From the human T2T-CHM13v2.0 reference genome, Homo sapiens: a stretch of DNA of 64,000 bases. Within the stretch, counting starts at the first letter, position 1, and each line of letters starts with the position of its first letter. The position numbers and the translations under genes are program-made. The DNA lies in assembly GCF_009914755.1 (NCBI RefSeq), contig NC_060940.1. One strand, written 5' to 3'. Below, one piece after another: positions 1 to 17,855 of this stretch. The notes beneath the pieces are model-generated. The model was not told the DNA's origin, did not search any database, and saw nothing but the letters and a program-made list of their open reading frames with translations.

Positions 1-618
1 GGGCCTCCAGGGAGGGGCAGTTAGCAGGGGGAGGGGGCATTCAGGGAGGGGCAGGTGAGGGGGGCCTCTGGGGAGGGGCAGGTGAGTCGGGGGCACACCT
101 GGGCTACGCCTGTGTTGGCCCTGCCACAGAGGCTGTGAAACCCTGTCCCACTGTCCTGATGGGGTTGTGGGGAGTGGTGACAATGACTTGTTATAACCAG
201 AGAAGGCTGAGGATGGTGGACCCTGGTGCTGGCTCCTGAGGGGTCATAGCAGGGGTGGCCCCCATCAGGTTCAGCTGGACATTTCAGGCACCATCTGGGT
301 CTGGGCACAGGGGTGGTGGGAGGTGGGGCCAAGGGGTGCCCTCCCCTGTGTCTGCCCAGCCCACAGCAGCCGGGTGAGGGTGCAGTGGGGAGGCCACCCT
401 GGGCCCTGCTTCCTCCCCCGTCCCTGGGCCTCAGTGTCCTTGGGCTTAATGACAGGGCCATGCCGGGTGGGGGATGCAACTCCCATCCCTCTTCATTCCC
501 GTATGACCCACTCTGCCCCTTCCTGCTGCCCTGCAGCAGTGCCCTCCCCTCCCCTCCCCACCACGGGGCCCTCTGCCGTCGCTATTGGGGATGGTCTTGG
601 GTAGGGTCTCCCTGGTAG

Positions 619-1020
<402 letters not shown>

Positions 1021-1039
1021 TGACTCCGCCGGCCGGAAG

Positions 1040-1099
1040 TTCCACAGGGTGTACTCCTTCCTGGACTATATCATGGGCGGCTGCCAGATCCACTTCACC
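1040..1099 (+). CDS. CPNE7: Copine-7 exon FHRVYSFLDYIMGGCQIHFT
   Basis: Copine SFLDYI motif; weak ggaag acceptor, ACC|gtgagt donor; 60 nt, in frame with neighbouring exons. Confidence 0.93.
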
Positions 1100-1102
1100 G
1101 TG

Positions 1103-1462
1103 AGTCCATGGCCCCGCCCCATGCCGCCCCCTCAGTCCGTGGCCCCGCCCCTCCCCGCCCCCTCAGTCCGTGGCCCCGCCCCTCCCCGCCCCCTCAGTCT
1201 GTGGCCCCGCCCCTCCCCGCCCCCTCAGTCCGTGGCCCCGCCCCTCCCCGCCCCCTCAGTCTGTGGCCCCGCCCCTCCCCGCCCCCTCAGTCCGTGGCCC
1301 CGCCCCTCCCCGCCCCCTCAGTCCGTGGCCCCGCCCCTCCCCGCCCCCTCAGTCCGTGGCCCCGCCCCTCCCCGCCCCCTCAGTCCGTGGCCCCGCCCCT
1401 CCCTGCCCCCTCAGTCCGTGGCCCCGCCCCACCCCGCCCCCTCAGTCAGTGGCCCCGCCCCC
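1103..1462. repeat. 31-bp GC-box minisatellite, about 11 copies
   Basis: Unit CAGTCCGTGGCCCCGCCCCTCCCCGCCCCCT; period 31 (1133 to 1164). Confidence 0.95.
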
Positions 1463-1530
1463 CTCCACACCGGGACCTGCCCCCCGCCCACCCGGAGGAG
1501 GAACCAGGCCAGATACCTGGAGTCCCCCCC

Positions 1531-1582
1531 GCCGCCCCTGCCCCCGCCCCCGCCCCCGCCCCCGCCCCCGCCCCCGCCCCGC
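1531..1582. repeat. (GCCCCC)n hexamer run
   Basis: About 8 consecutive GCCCCC units. Confidence 0.9.
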
Positions 1583-1856
1583 TCCCGAGGGGTCCCAGCC
1601 TGGCGGGTGAAAGGGCACTGGCGGTTCCCCGTGAGCCGATGTCTCCATGCGCGGCTCCTGGGGGTCCTCCCTTTTGCGCAGGCGAGGAAACGGGCTTGGG
1701 GTTCAGGAAGCAGCCCCAAGCCCGCCTTGGGAGGTGACATCACCAGGGCTTACCTTCCACAAACACATTTAACAACAGACAAAACGTGAACGAGGAGAAA
1801 CTGGAGTGAGCGTTTGAACCAGCCACAGTCTCTACGTGTCATCCAAGGAGCCCGGC

Positions 1857-2492
1857 ACAGACCCCGTGTCACCCCCATGTCACCCGCAGACCCCGCGTCA
1901 CCCATAGATACGCACACCCCGTGTCACCCCCATAGCACCCGCAGACCCCGCGTCACCCATAGATACGCACACCCCGTGTCACCCCCATAGCACCCGCAGA
2001 CCCCGCGTCACCCATAGATACGCACACCCCGTGTCACCCCCATAGCACCCGCGTGTCACCCACAGAAACACGGCCCCCGTGTCACCCGCGTGTCACCCAC
2101 AGATACACGGCCCCCGTGTCACCCGCGTGTCACCCACAGATACACGGCCCCCCGTGTCACCCGCGTGTCACCCACAGATACACGGCCCCCGTGTCACCCG
2201 CGTGTCACCCACAGATACACGGCCCCCGTGTCACCCGCGTGTCACCCACAGATACACGGCCCCCGTGTCACCCGCGTGTCACCCACAGATACACGGCCCC
2301 CCGTGTCACCCGCGTGTCACCCACAGATACACGGCCCCCGTGTCACCCGCGTGTCACCCACAGATACACGGCCCCCGTGTCACCCGCGTGTCACCCACAG
2401 ATACACGGCCCCCCGTGTCACCCGCGTGTCACCCACAGATACACGGCCCCCCGTGTCACCCACAGATACACGGCCCCCGTGTCACCCGCGTG
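1857..2492. repeat. Compound CpG-rich minisatellite: about 3.5 x 55 bp, then about 11 x 37-38 bp
   Basis: AGATAC anchors at 1906/1961/2016, then 2101/2138/2176. Confidence 0.93.
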
Positions 2493-2646
2493 TTATTTGC
2501 AGATGCGCTGGTTCGTGTTTTGTTGAACGAGCCCCAGAATGGCTTTGGGAGAAGCCAGCAAGTGGGAAACGTGGGGGGACCCAGACCAGGCTTGGTCCAC
2601 TTAGGCCCTGCCGGGGAGGGTGGTAGAGGGGTTGGGCGGCCACTAA

Positions 2647-3205
<559 letters not shown>

Positions 3206-3244
3206 GCCTCGGGGCACCATGAGGTGGGCACTGTGAGTTTGTCA

Positions 3245-3545
<301 letters not shown>

Positions 3546-4141
3546 AGACTCTGCGAGGAAGGGCTGGGTAGCCCTACTGGAGGCTGCCGCATAGACTCTG
3601 CACATGGTCCTGGGGGGACGTCTGTGTCCCGCTTTGCCAGAATAGCAAACCGAAGTCACAGAGGCTTGGGGCTCACCCGCGTATGCTTTACCAGGGAGGG
3701 CCCGGCACAAAACCCTGTGCTCTGAGCTTCTTACCACAACACAGACCCCTGGCCTGGGGCTTGGGAGAGGATGCCCTGAGCTCCCTACCCTACAGACCTC
3801 TCTTTCTGGGTTGGTGAGGGCCACAGTGGGTTCCTTGGCCCCACAGGACCCCTCCCGTGGTCTGAGAGCCCCCGGGGAGGCGTCTGCAGGGGGACAGCAT
3901 GTACACAAACGTGGAGTTGGGAGGCAGGCTCGCGGGCGGCAGGACCGTGTCCCCTTGCACACAGGCCTGTGCCTCTGCTGCCCTGAGCCTCGGTTCCCCA
4001 CCTCTGGCAGGTGCTTACTGCCGTGGTACCAGGCCTGGGCACCCCCAGTCTTTTGGGCGCCAGTCATGTCTCCCTAGAAGTGGCCCCTGTTGCAGCCACA
4101 AGAGGTCAGGGCCTCCTGGTGACCTCCTGCCTCTCTTCCAG

Positions 4142-4196
4142 TGACAAGAGGTTTTCCGCTTTGGGGTTTGGAGCCCGGATCCCTCCCAAGTATGAG
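4142..4196 (+). CDS. CPNE7: Copine-7 exon (S)DKRFSALGFGARIPPKYE
   Basis: ttccag acceptor, GAG|gtagga donor; phases join exons 3053 and 5252. Confidence 0.95.
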
Positions 4197-4487
4197 GTAG
4201 GAGAGCCCAGAACCTGAGACCTCAGAGCTGTGCCCTTCTCGTGCCCTCCCAGGCAGAGGACGGCCTGGCCCAGGGAGCCCTGGCTGCCTGCTGGGAACCG
4301 GAGACTGTAGGATGGGATTGGGGTGCAAAGCGGGAACCCCAGCCTTCTAGCCAGAGAGGCTGGCCTTTGGCCTCCTAGGACGTGTTAGCTTGAGGGGTGT
4401 CTGGAGGCCAACTCCGTGTTCCTTCAGGAGATAGGGAAGGACGTTAGTGTGGAATCCTCTATTGCACATAACAATTCAGCTAGCTTC

Positions 4488-4799
<312 letters not shown>

Positions 4800-4974
4800 T
4801 CAACTGGCTTCAGCAGAAAAAATGGTGTGTGGGGATTTATTGGCTAATGTAAGCCTCAGGCACTGCTGGATCCAGGGAGGTCTGCCTCCCTCTCTGTTTC
4901 ATGACTCTGCAGAACATGGTCACCCATGGGTTTGGCTTCCCCTAGAAACTCCAAGCCTACCTCTCTCAGTAGGT

Positions 4975-5235
4975 GGGGGACATGGGGGCCAGGTCGGGGG
5001 AGCAGCTGACTGGGGGACATGGGGGCCGGGGACGGGGGGAGCAGCTGACTGGGGGACATGGGGGCCGGGGACGGGGGGAGCAGCTGACCGAGCCCTCTTT
5101 AGTAGGCGGGGGACATGAGGGCGGGGACGGGGGGAGCAGCTGACTGGGGGACATGGGGGCTGGGGACGGGGGGAGCAGCTGACCGAGGGACATGGGGCCA
5201 GTGGGGTGTGTTGCAACGAGCAGCTGACTGAGCCC
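4975..5235. repeat. About 39-bp G-rich minisatellite abutting a CPNE7 acceptor
   Basis: Unit GGGGGACATGGGGGCCGGGGACGGGGGGAGCAGCTGACT, about 6 degenerate copies. Confidence 0.85.
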
Positions 5236-5251
5236 TCTTGTTCCCACCCAG

Positions 5252-5303
5252 GTGTCCCATGACTTTGCCATCAATTTCAACCCTGAGGACGATGAGTGTG
5301 AAG
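5252..5303 (+). CDS. CPNE7: Copine-7 exon VSHDFAINFNPEDDECE(G)
   Basis: cccag acceptor, AAG|gtagga donor; 52 nt. Confidence 0.95.
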
Positions 5304-5307
5304 GTAG

Positions 5308-7900
<2,593 letters not shown>

Positions 7901-8667
7901 ACCTCTTACTATTTCAGTGTATATTTCCTAAGATCAAAGATATTCTCTTGTATAACCATAGCACAAATACAGATTTCAGGAAATTGAATTTAGATACAAT
8001 CCTTTTATCTAATACATAGACTATATTCCAATTTCATTCATTGGCACAATCATAACTTTCAAAGCAGTATTGTTCCTGGCCCAGGAGCCAGTCCGGAGTC
8101 GAGGATTGCGTTCAGCTGTTATGTTCCTGTGTGGCTGGGAAGCGGGTCTCAGACGGTTTCATCTGTAAATGTCAGTATCAGCGTCTAATAAAGATAAGCC
8201 TCTTTTTAAGCAGCCACGACACCTGATCACACCTAACCACCACTCCTGGCATTGCACATCCGTCTGGTGTTTGTGTTTCCTGTTGTCTTACCCGTGACAT
8301 GGTTTTCTGTGGTTAGAATTGGGTTGAAACGAGGACTCAGACATGATCAGGTGAGCCCTCGGTCCCTCTCCTGGACACGAAGCTCCCGCCCTAGTGGGGC
8401 CCCACGGTGGGTTTTGGTGCCTGGTGCTCGCACAGTTGGCAGAGGGGGGTGGGGGCCTCATCTGGGGTTGGGAGGGGGTGGGGGGCTTTCTGAGGCTGGG
8501 CTGTTTATCTGGAGGCCGAGAGCCAGGCTGGGCACAGCCGTGGGTGCTTGTAGGCCTGGACCAGAGACTGCCTTGCAAACAGGTAATTCTTCCCACAGGT
8601 GTGGGGCTCAGAGAGGGGGAGATGGGGAGGGCACAAAAAGAGAGCCTCTTGGAGAAGGCGACTCTGA

Positions 8668-9345
<678 letters not shown>

Positions 9346-9465
9346 TAGCACCCCCTCCACAGCCCTCCGTGAGACTCGTGGAGATTTCCTGAGCTGGGCA
9401 CAGGAGGCCCAGAGTGCCCGCCACGGAGGGGGCTCCTGACCCACTGTTGTTCGTGATGTTTGTGA

Positions 9466-10002
<537 letters not shown>

Positions 10003-10139
10003 TGAAGCCAGGACTTTGAGCACCTGAAACACCCTCCACCGTTTTGAAACTTGTCGAATCTACACAAAAGCAGAGAACAGCACAAGGGGCTCCTGGGATC
10101 CACCACGCGGCTTCCCCCGTTGCTGCCAACCTCTGCGAC

Positions 10140-10420
10140 CCGGCGAGACACGCACAGCACACACGTGAGGTTCTACCCGCCGAGACACACACAGCACACA
10201 CGTGAGGTTCTACCCGGTGAGACGCACAGCACACACGTGAGGTTCTACCAGGCGAGACACACATGTCACACATGAGGCCCTACAGCAAGACGTGCATGCC
10301 ACATAGATGTGAAGTTCTACACAGCAAGACACCACAGACATGCATGAAGACACGGACACGTGACATTCTACGCAGTGAAACATGCATATTACAGACACAT
10401 GAAGCTCTGCAGTGAGTCAC
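10140..10420. repeat. About 37-bp repeat with CACGTG, 3 good and several decayed copies
   Basis: GAGACACGCACAGCACACACGTGAGGTTCTACC repeated. Confidence 0.8.
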
Positions 10421-10702
10421 ATCACACAGACACGCTCAGGCTTTGCCGGGGAAGTGTGGGTGGGGCCTGGACCATGGAGGTGGCCTCGCCTCCCGTGTCA
10501 GCACTTTTCATCTCCGTGCTTGGGGGGCTGGAAAGACCCACGTGCAGCCTCATGTGGCCGACATCCTCAGCAAGTCTTGCCCGGCACCCAGGTGAGCCTC
10601 TGGTGGGGGTGGGTAGTCACCACTCGGCTCTGGAGGATGAGGCCTGGGCCATAATCCAGTTGCAGGGATGGATGATCTCCATCTCGAAGGTCCCAGAGGT
10701 AA

Positions 10703-10861
<159 letters not shown>

Positions 10862-11461
10862 AGATGTGGAGGGCGTAGGGTGGGGGCAGTGAGGAATGGG
10901 TCCATACAGCCTCTGTCTGCAACATGCTTGGGGTCCCTTAAGCTCCCTCCGACCTCCCAGAAGCCTCCAGTCCCCACCAGGCCCCACTCCCAGTCCTCCT
11001 GGGATCCTGCTGGCTTGGGCCCGGCTCTGGGGCCCCCAAGGCCGAAGGGTGACAAAATACAGGCCCCCATGCCTGGCCCTGCCTGAGCCAGGTGGGTGGA
11101 GGGAGGGAGATCATGAGGGACTTGGAGGGAGCTGGGAGTTCATCCACGGGAGACCCTGCCCCGATGAGAAGGGGCAGGGACTGGGGGCTCTGCTTTGCGT
11201 CTAACCTTTGTGGGGGAGGGCCAGCAAGGCAGTCCCCCCACGCCCGAGAAAGCCTGGGGGACCCAGACACCTGTCCCCACAGTCAAAGCCTGGGGACCCA
11301 GACATCCTGTCCCCACAGTCAGCCTCCTGTCCCTGCTGGTGCCCCCACACCCACCTACCCTGTGCTTTTTGCCGTCGGGCCTCTGCACCTGGGTCCATGG
11401 GGTCTGCGGGGTCTGCGGGGTCTGCCTGGCCTGTGGGTTCTGCCGGTGGGGCTTCAGGAGT

Positions 11462-11467
11462 AATAAA
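11462..11467 (+). terminator. CPNE7: CPNE7 poly(A) signal
   Basis: AATAAA about 600 nt after the stop, followed by a GT/T-rich element. Confidence 0.85.
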
Positions 11468-11934
11468 GTGTCACCCTATCCTTGTAGTTCTCTTGTGCCT
11501 TCAGTCCCTTCCCCAACCCCCCAGAGGGCTGGGCCTGGCTTCCAAAATGCCCACATCTGAGGCAGGGGCTCTCCCAGGCCCAGCACACCAGGATCCTCCC
11601 TGGACTGAATGGGATGCGGGATGCACAGGCTGCCAGGGGCAGAGAGCGGGGATCCGCACCATGGCTGCCTCCACCCGCGAAGGAGCTCCACTCGGCTTCC
11701 TGGGACTCCCAGGCCTGAAACCCAGTGAGTGAGGACTGTGGACGTGATGCAGGGGTGCCAGGAGCCTCCCACATGGCCTGCACCGCAGGGAGCTGGGCTG
11801 GAGGGTGAAGCCTCCATGTGATGTTCGTGGAGCCGGGGCATCTCCCACCTGCTGGGACCTCCTCGCCCTGAGTTTGAGATTTCCCCTGAATGATCTTGCC
11901 TGAGAAAAACAAATTGTCCTAACCCTGAATCCAG

Positions 11935-13200
11935 GCCCACCCATCCCCACATCGGTCCATCCACCCACCCATCCGTCCACCCATCGCCCTGCCCACCCAT
12001 CCGTCCACCCATCCCCCCGCCCACCCATCCCCCCGCCCACCCATCTGTCCACCCATCCCCCCGCCCACCCATCTGTCCACCCATCCGTCCATCCATCCCC
12101 CCACCCACCCATCTGTCCACCCATCCATCCACCCATCCCCCCACCCACCCATCCGTCCATCCATCCCCCCGCCCACCCATCCGTCCACCCATCCCCCCGC
12201 CCACCCATCTGTCCACCCATCCGTCCATCCATCCCCCCACCCACCCATCTGTCCACCCATCCGTCCACCCATCCCCCCACCCACCCATCCCCCCACCCAC
12301 CCATCCGTCCACCCATCTGTCCACCCGTCCGTCCATCCATCCCCCCGCCCACCCATCTGTCCACCCATCCGTCCATCCATCCCCCCACCCACCCATCTGT
12401 CCACCCATCCCCCCGCCCACCCATCCGTCCACCCACCCATCTGTCCACCCATCTGTCCACCCATCCGTCCACCCATCCATCCACCCATCCCCCCACCCAC
12501 CCATCCATCCATCCCCCCACCCACCCATCCATCCACCCATCCCCCCACCCACCCATCTGTCCACCCATCTGTCCACCCATCCCCCCACCCACCCGTCCGT
12601 CCATCCATCCCCCCACCCACCCATCCATCCACCCATCCCCCCACCCACCCATCTGTCCACCCATCTGTCCACCCATCCGTCCACCCATCCCCCCACCCAT
12701 CCGTCCACCCATCCATCCACTCACCCATCCGTCCACTCACCCATCTGTCCACCCATTCCCCCGCCCACCCATCCGTCCACCCATCTGTCCACCTATCTGT
12801 CCACCCATCCGTCCACCCATCCGTCCACCCATCCCCCCACCCACCCGTCCGTCCATCCATCCCCCCACCCACCCATCCATCCACCCATCCCCCCACCCAC
12901 CCATCTGTCCACCCATCCGTCCACCCATCCCCCCACCCATCCGTCCACCCATCCATCCCCCCACCCATCCGTCCACCCATCCATCCACTCACCCATCCGT
13001 CCACTCACCCATCCGTCCACCCATTCCCCCGCCCACCCATCCGTCCACCCATCTGTCCACCCGTCCGTCCATCCACCCATCCGCCCACCCATCCCCCCGC
13101 CCATCCCCCCGCCCACCCATCCGTCCACCCATCCGCCCACCCGTCCGTCCACCCATCCGTCCACCCATCCCCCCACCCACCCATCTGTCCATCCATCCAC
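11935..13200. repeat. (CCAT/CCAC/CCGT)n complex simple repeat
   Basis: 1.27 kb of CCATCC/CCACCC/GTCC units. Confidence 0.95.
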
Positions 13201-13374
13201 TCTGGGGCCTATTTTTAGCTCTTGCTTCGTCCTCTGTTAAGCAGGGATCATGGGTATCGCCATGGTAACCTGGCCAGTCTGTGAATTTCAGAAGGATCAA
13301 TGTTGGTCTCTTTGGGGATGGACAGGCCCAGAGATCACCCCTCCATCCACATCTGAGGCTTCAGGCCCTGAGCC

Positions 13375-14283
13375 GGTCGGGGGGCCTCAGGGGCTGGCCA
13401 GGCAGAGGGTGCGTGTCAGGGCCCTGTGCAGGTGTGGGGGGGTCTCAGGCTGGACAGAGGGTGAGTATCCGGGCCTTGTGCAGATCGGAGGTCTCAGGGG
13501 CTGGGCAGAGGGTGCGTGTCAGGGCCCTGTGCAGGTGTGGGGGGGTCTCAGGCTGGACAGAGGGTGAGTATCCGGGCCTTGTGCAGATCGGAGGTCTCAG
13601 GGGCTGGGCAGAGGGTGCGTGTCAGGGCCCTGTGCAGGTGTGGGGGGGTCTCAGGCTGGACAGAGGGTGAGTATCCGGGCCTTGTGCAGATCGGAGGTCT
13701 CAGGGGCTGGGCAGAGGGTGCGTGTCAGGGCCCTGTGCAGGTGTGGGGGGGGTCTCAGGCTGGACAGAGGGTGAGTATCCGGGCCTTGTGCAGATCGGAG
13801 GTCTCAGGGGCTGGGCAGAGGGTGCGTGTCAGGGCCCTGTGCTGATCGGGGGTCTCGGGCTGGACAGAGGGTGTCAGGGCCCTGTGCAGGTGTGGGGGGG
13901 TCTCAGGCTGGACAGAGGGTGAGTATCAGGGCCCTGTGCTGATCGGGGGTCTCAGGGGCTGGGCAGAGGGTGCGTGTCAGGGCCCTGTGCTGATCGGGGG
14001 TCTCGGGCTGGACAGAGGGTGTCAGGGCCCTGTGCAGGTGTGGGGGGGTCTCAGGCTGGACAGAGGGTGAGTATCAGGGCCCTGTGCTGATCGGGGGTCT
14101 CGGGGGCTGGGCAGAGGTTGCGTGTCAGGGCCCTGTGCAGGTCAGGGGGTCTCGGGCTGGACAGAGAGTGAGTATCCGGGCCCTGTGCTGATCGGGGGTC
14201 TCAGGGGCTGGGCAGAGGGTGAGTATCGGGGCTGGGGCCCTGAGCGGGTCGGGGGTCTCAGGGGCTGGGACAGAGGGTGAGTG
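13375..14283. repeat. Minisatellite with a 103-bp higher-order unit made of about 51-bp monomers
   Basis: GTGAGTATCC at 13461, 13564, 13667, 13771. Confidence 0.93.
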
Positions 14284-15364
14284 TTGGTGCCCTGTGCCAC
14301 CTGCCTGTGGTTTTTGGGCCAGAAAGTGTCAGACGGTTTCTGGGCTGACTGAAAGTCGAGAGGTGTTGGTCCATTGAGATCTTAGCAGGAAGCAGGTGTG
14401 CCGAGGAGTCTACCTCAGAACAGGGTTGGGGCGGCCACAGTGGGGCGCCAGGGAGCTGACCTCAGACAGACAGGGATGGGCAGGTCACTCGGTGAGCTGG
14501 CGCCCTGGAGGGAGTGTGTCCCTTCCCAGAACTGCTGCCTTACAGGGATGTGGCCACTCCCAGACCCCTATGGAGCAAGCAGGGAGTGGCTGTGAGCACC
14601 CCAGCCCCCTCCTCCCACCCTCTCTTCTCCTGCCGTCCTCCCATGGCAGAAGGCAGCAGCCCTGGGGTCAGGCCAGTGGGCAGGCTGGGCCACCCTGGTC
14701 TCTGTGCTGCTGGGTGTCTGGGGTGTGTTTGAGACCATCGAGGGACAGCAGGGACAGGATGGCGTCTGCCAGCTCAGCTCTGAGAATGTGACTTTCGCCA
14801 GCAATTCCCAGCCTGAGAAAGCAGCCCAACGTTGCTCAGAGACGCACGCAATAATAATTTGACTTCTCCCCCTAACCCCGTGGGTCACTGGGATGAACAC
14901 AGGATCCAGGCCTGGCCAGGCAGGGGCTGCTGCCTCCTGGCCACAGTGCTTGCTCCGGGGATGGACGTGCCCCAAGCTGGCCCGTGAGACTCAGTTCTGG
15001 GACCCCTTGTTTCTTCCTGGCTTGAGGAGCTGTGGACAGTGACCACTTAGCGGGGTCACATGGGCAGGGCCTGCCTGGGAAGGACACTACCCAGAGAGCT
15101 GGTGGCAGGTGCATGCTCAGGCCTGCTCCTGTCAGGCCTGCTCCTGAGCCGATACTTCCCATTGAGGAGCCATGAGCTCCCTTTCTGATTAGCTCAGGTG
15201 GGACTGGGTTTCTGTCATTTGCCACCCAAGGATCCTGCCCCAAAAGGATGACAGATGCTCCTTTTTCACAGACAAGAAAATCAGGGTTCAGCACAGTGAG
15301 GTGCCCTGCCCAAGGTCACACAGCCAGTCAGAAGCAGAGGTGCTAGCTTTGTGTAGCTGGTGTG

Positions 15365-15575
15365 CACACACACACAGAGCAACATGTATACACCTGTGCA
15401 CACACATGCGCACCCACACATCCATGCACACACATGCACCCACACGCACCCACACATCCACGCACGCACACGTGCACCCACGCATCCATGCACAGACATG
15501 TGCATACATGCCTAACACATCCACACGGACACGTGCTTAGCCGGGACCTGCAGGCTCCAGGCTGAGTCCTAGGAA
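15365..15575 (+). repeat. Arm 1 of a diverged inverted duplication (partner 17856-18108)
   Basis: CATGCCTAACA...AGCCGGGACCTGCAGGCTCCAGGCTGAGTCCTAGGAA matches the reverse complement of 17856-17920. Confidence 0.8.
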
Positions 15576-16081
15576 TTGAGATGCTAGTTCTGCAGTTCCT
15601 GTAGGTCCACCTGTCAGGCATCTTCCTCCCCGGGGTGTGACATCCGGCTCTGAAACCCAGAGGGGCCCCTAGGGCAGGGCAGTCAGGGGTCCTGCCGGCC
15701 GGTGTGGAGACCCCCAGGTGAGACCAATGGGTTCCCTGAGTCTTCAGCCCCTCCTGACCTCGAATTAGAGCCTGACCCTTGCTGAGAATAGCCTGGGTAT
15801 GACCTGCCTGGATGTGGACTTATTTCCCAAATAAGAAGCAGAAAGTGTGTAGCTGCCAGGACCCCACAGCAAGGGCCACCATGGGACCCAGTCCAGGGAC
15901 TGCCTGCAGCAGGCGGAGGAGCTCCTCCTCGGGGGTGGATTTGAGATTTGGAAACAGCCTCAGTCAAGCTGGACACCAGCTCCCGCTGTGTGACCCTGGA
16001 CAAGCCATCACAGTCTCAGTGAGTCAGAGCCTTGTTCCTTGCCTGTCACGCGGATATAGCAGCTTTGAAACATGGCTCTAG

Positions 16082-16768
<687 letters not shown>

Positions 16769-16799
16769 CCCCACGTGGATTCTGACACCCCACGGTAAG

Positions 16800-17125
16800 A
16801 ATGCTGGGCGCTGCTCCCGTGCTCAGGAGATGTGGCTCCCGGGAAACTGACGATGCTGCGAGGAAGCTCAAGCGCCCGCACCCCAGCTGAGCTCCCGGCT
16901 GGCAGCCAGTGCCAGGGGCCACCATGCGAGTGCACCACCTCCAGCAGCTCCTGTAGCCCCGGGCAGGATGCCCTGCCTGCATCCTCACGAGAGGCCTGAG
17001 CCAAAGCCACACGGCAAATCCTCGTGTGGATTCCTGACCCAGGTCGTGGCCCGGGTTAATCCACGGTTGCTGTTCGAAGCCACTCGGTTTGGGCGTGATG
17101 AGTCGTAGGGCAGGAGGTAACAGAC
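16800..17125 (+). mobile_element. Old MaLR (MLT1-like) LTR fragment
   Basis: 3' end AATCCTCG...TTCCTGACCCA...GTTGCTGTTCGAAGCCACTCGGTTTGG resembles the MLT1 terminus (from memory). Confidence 0.45.
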
Positions 17126-17855
17126 ACATCCTCTTTCCCAGGGATCTTGTGAGGAATGAACGAGGGATGCAGGAGCCCCTGCTGGATAAATAGGTGTCAG
17201 TTTCACAAGGGGAGCCGGCTTCTCCTTATTCTCAGGAACCACCAATCACAGCTGCTGAGCATCCCCCACCCTGTCTTGCTGGCCACCGGCTGCCTGGGCC
17301 TCACAGGCTGAGGACGCGGGGTCAACCCCTGCCCACCCATGCGCGGAGTCGGATGAGGGCTCTGACTCGGTGGGTGGGGGGGGCAGCTGGAGGGAGTGGG
17401 AAGAGCAGCAGCTCAGCGTCCAGGCTGTTCTTTCTCCTGCTGCCGAGGCGAGTACAGGCAGGAAGTTGTGACTAAGTGCTTGTAATTGGTGCGGGGGCTG
17501 TGGCAGGGCTGTCAGACAGGAGTACCGCCGGCCCCTGGCACAGCAGGGCCGTGGGCGAAAGCTGTCTTCCTTGCCACCTCACGCCTCACCTGTCCCTGCA
17601 CTGGGGCCCCACCCCCATCAGAGCCCACCCAGGACCCCTGTCCAGCTGGTGCCTCCCTCCCCTCACCCCATCAAGACCCACCACAGCCCAGGAGTACTGA
17701 GTATTCCAGTACTCACTGAGCTAAGTTCCCACAACAACCCCGCCTGGCTGACTGTTGTGAGTGCATCTCACTGACGGGACGGCCGACCTCAGAAAAACCC
17801 TAGGTGCACTGCTGGGGAGGCAGGGCAGGGTGGCGAGCTGGGTCTGGCCCCTGGG

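Noticed and set aside
1745-1760. Consensus minus-strand donor AAG|GTAAGC suggesting an antisense exon
   Set aside because: A single motif with no identifiable acceptor, ORF or partner exon.
1775-2530. Imperfect inverted repeats (CAAAACGTGAAC / GTTCGTGTTTT) flanking the minisatellite
   Set aside because: Too short and mismatched, with no TSD; insufficient to call a DNA transposon.
11476-13300. Long G/W/M/D-rich minus ORFs
   Set aside because: Artefact of a (GGAT/GGGT)n simple repeat.
14770-14820. Minus-strand GWELLAKVTFSEL resembling SULT GW...TYEEL
   Set aside because: Spacing is too short and there is no supporting donor; cannot be supported by eye.
15160-15240. Minus-strand RNP...RKGAHG resembling the SULT RNPKD and RKGxxGxW motifs
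   Set aside because: The motifs are only a few residues apart instead of more than 100, and the expected intron within RK|G is absent; probably chance.
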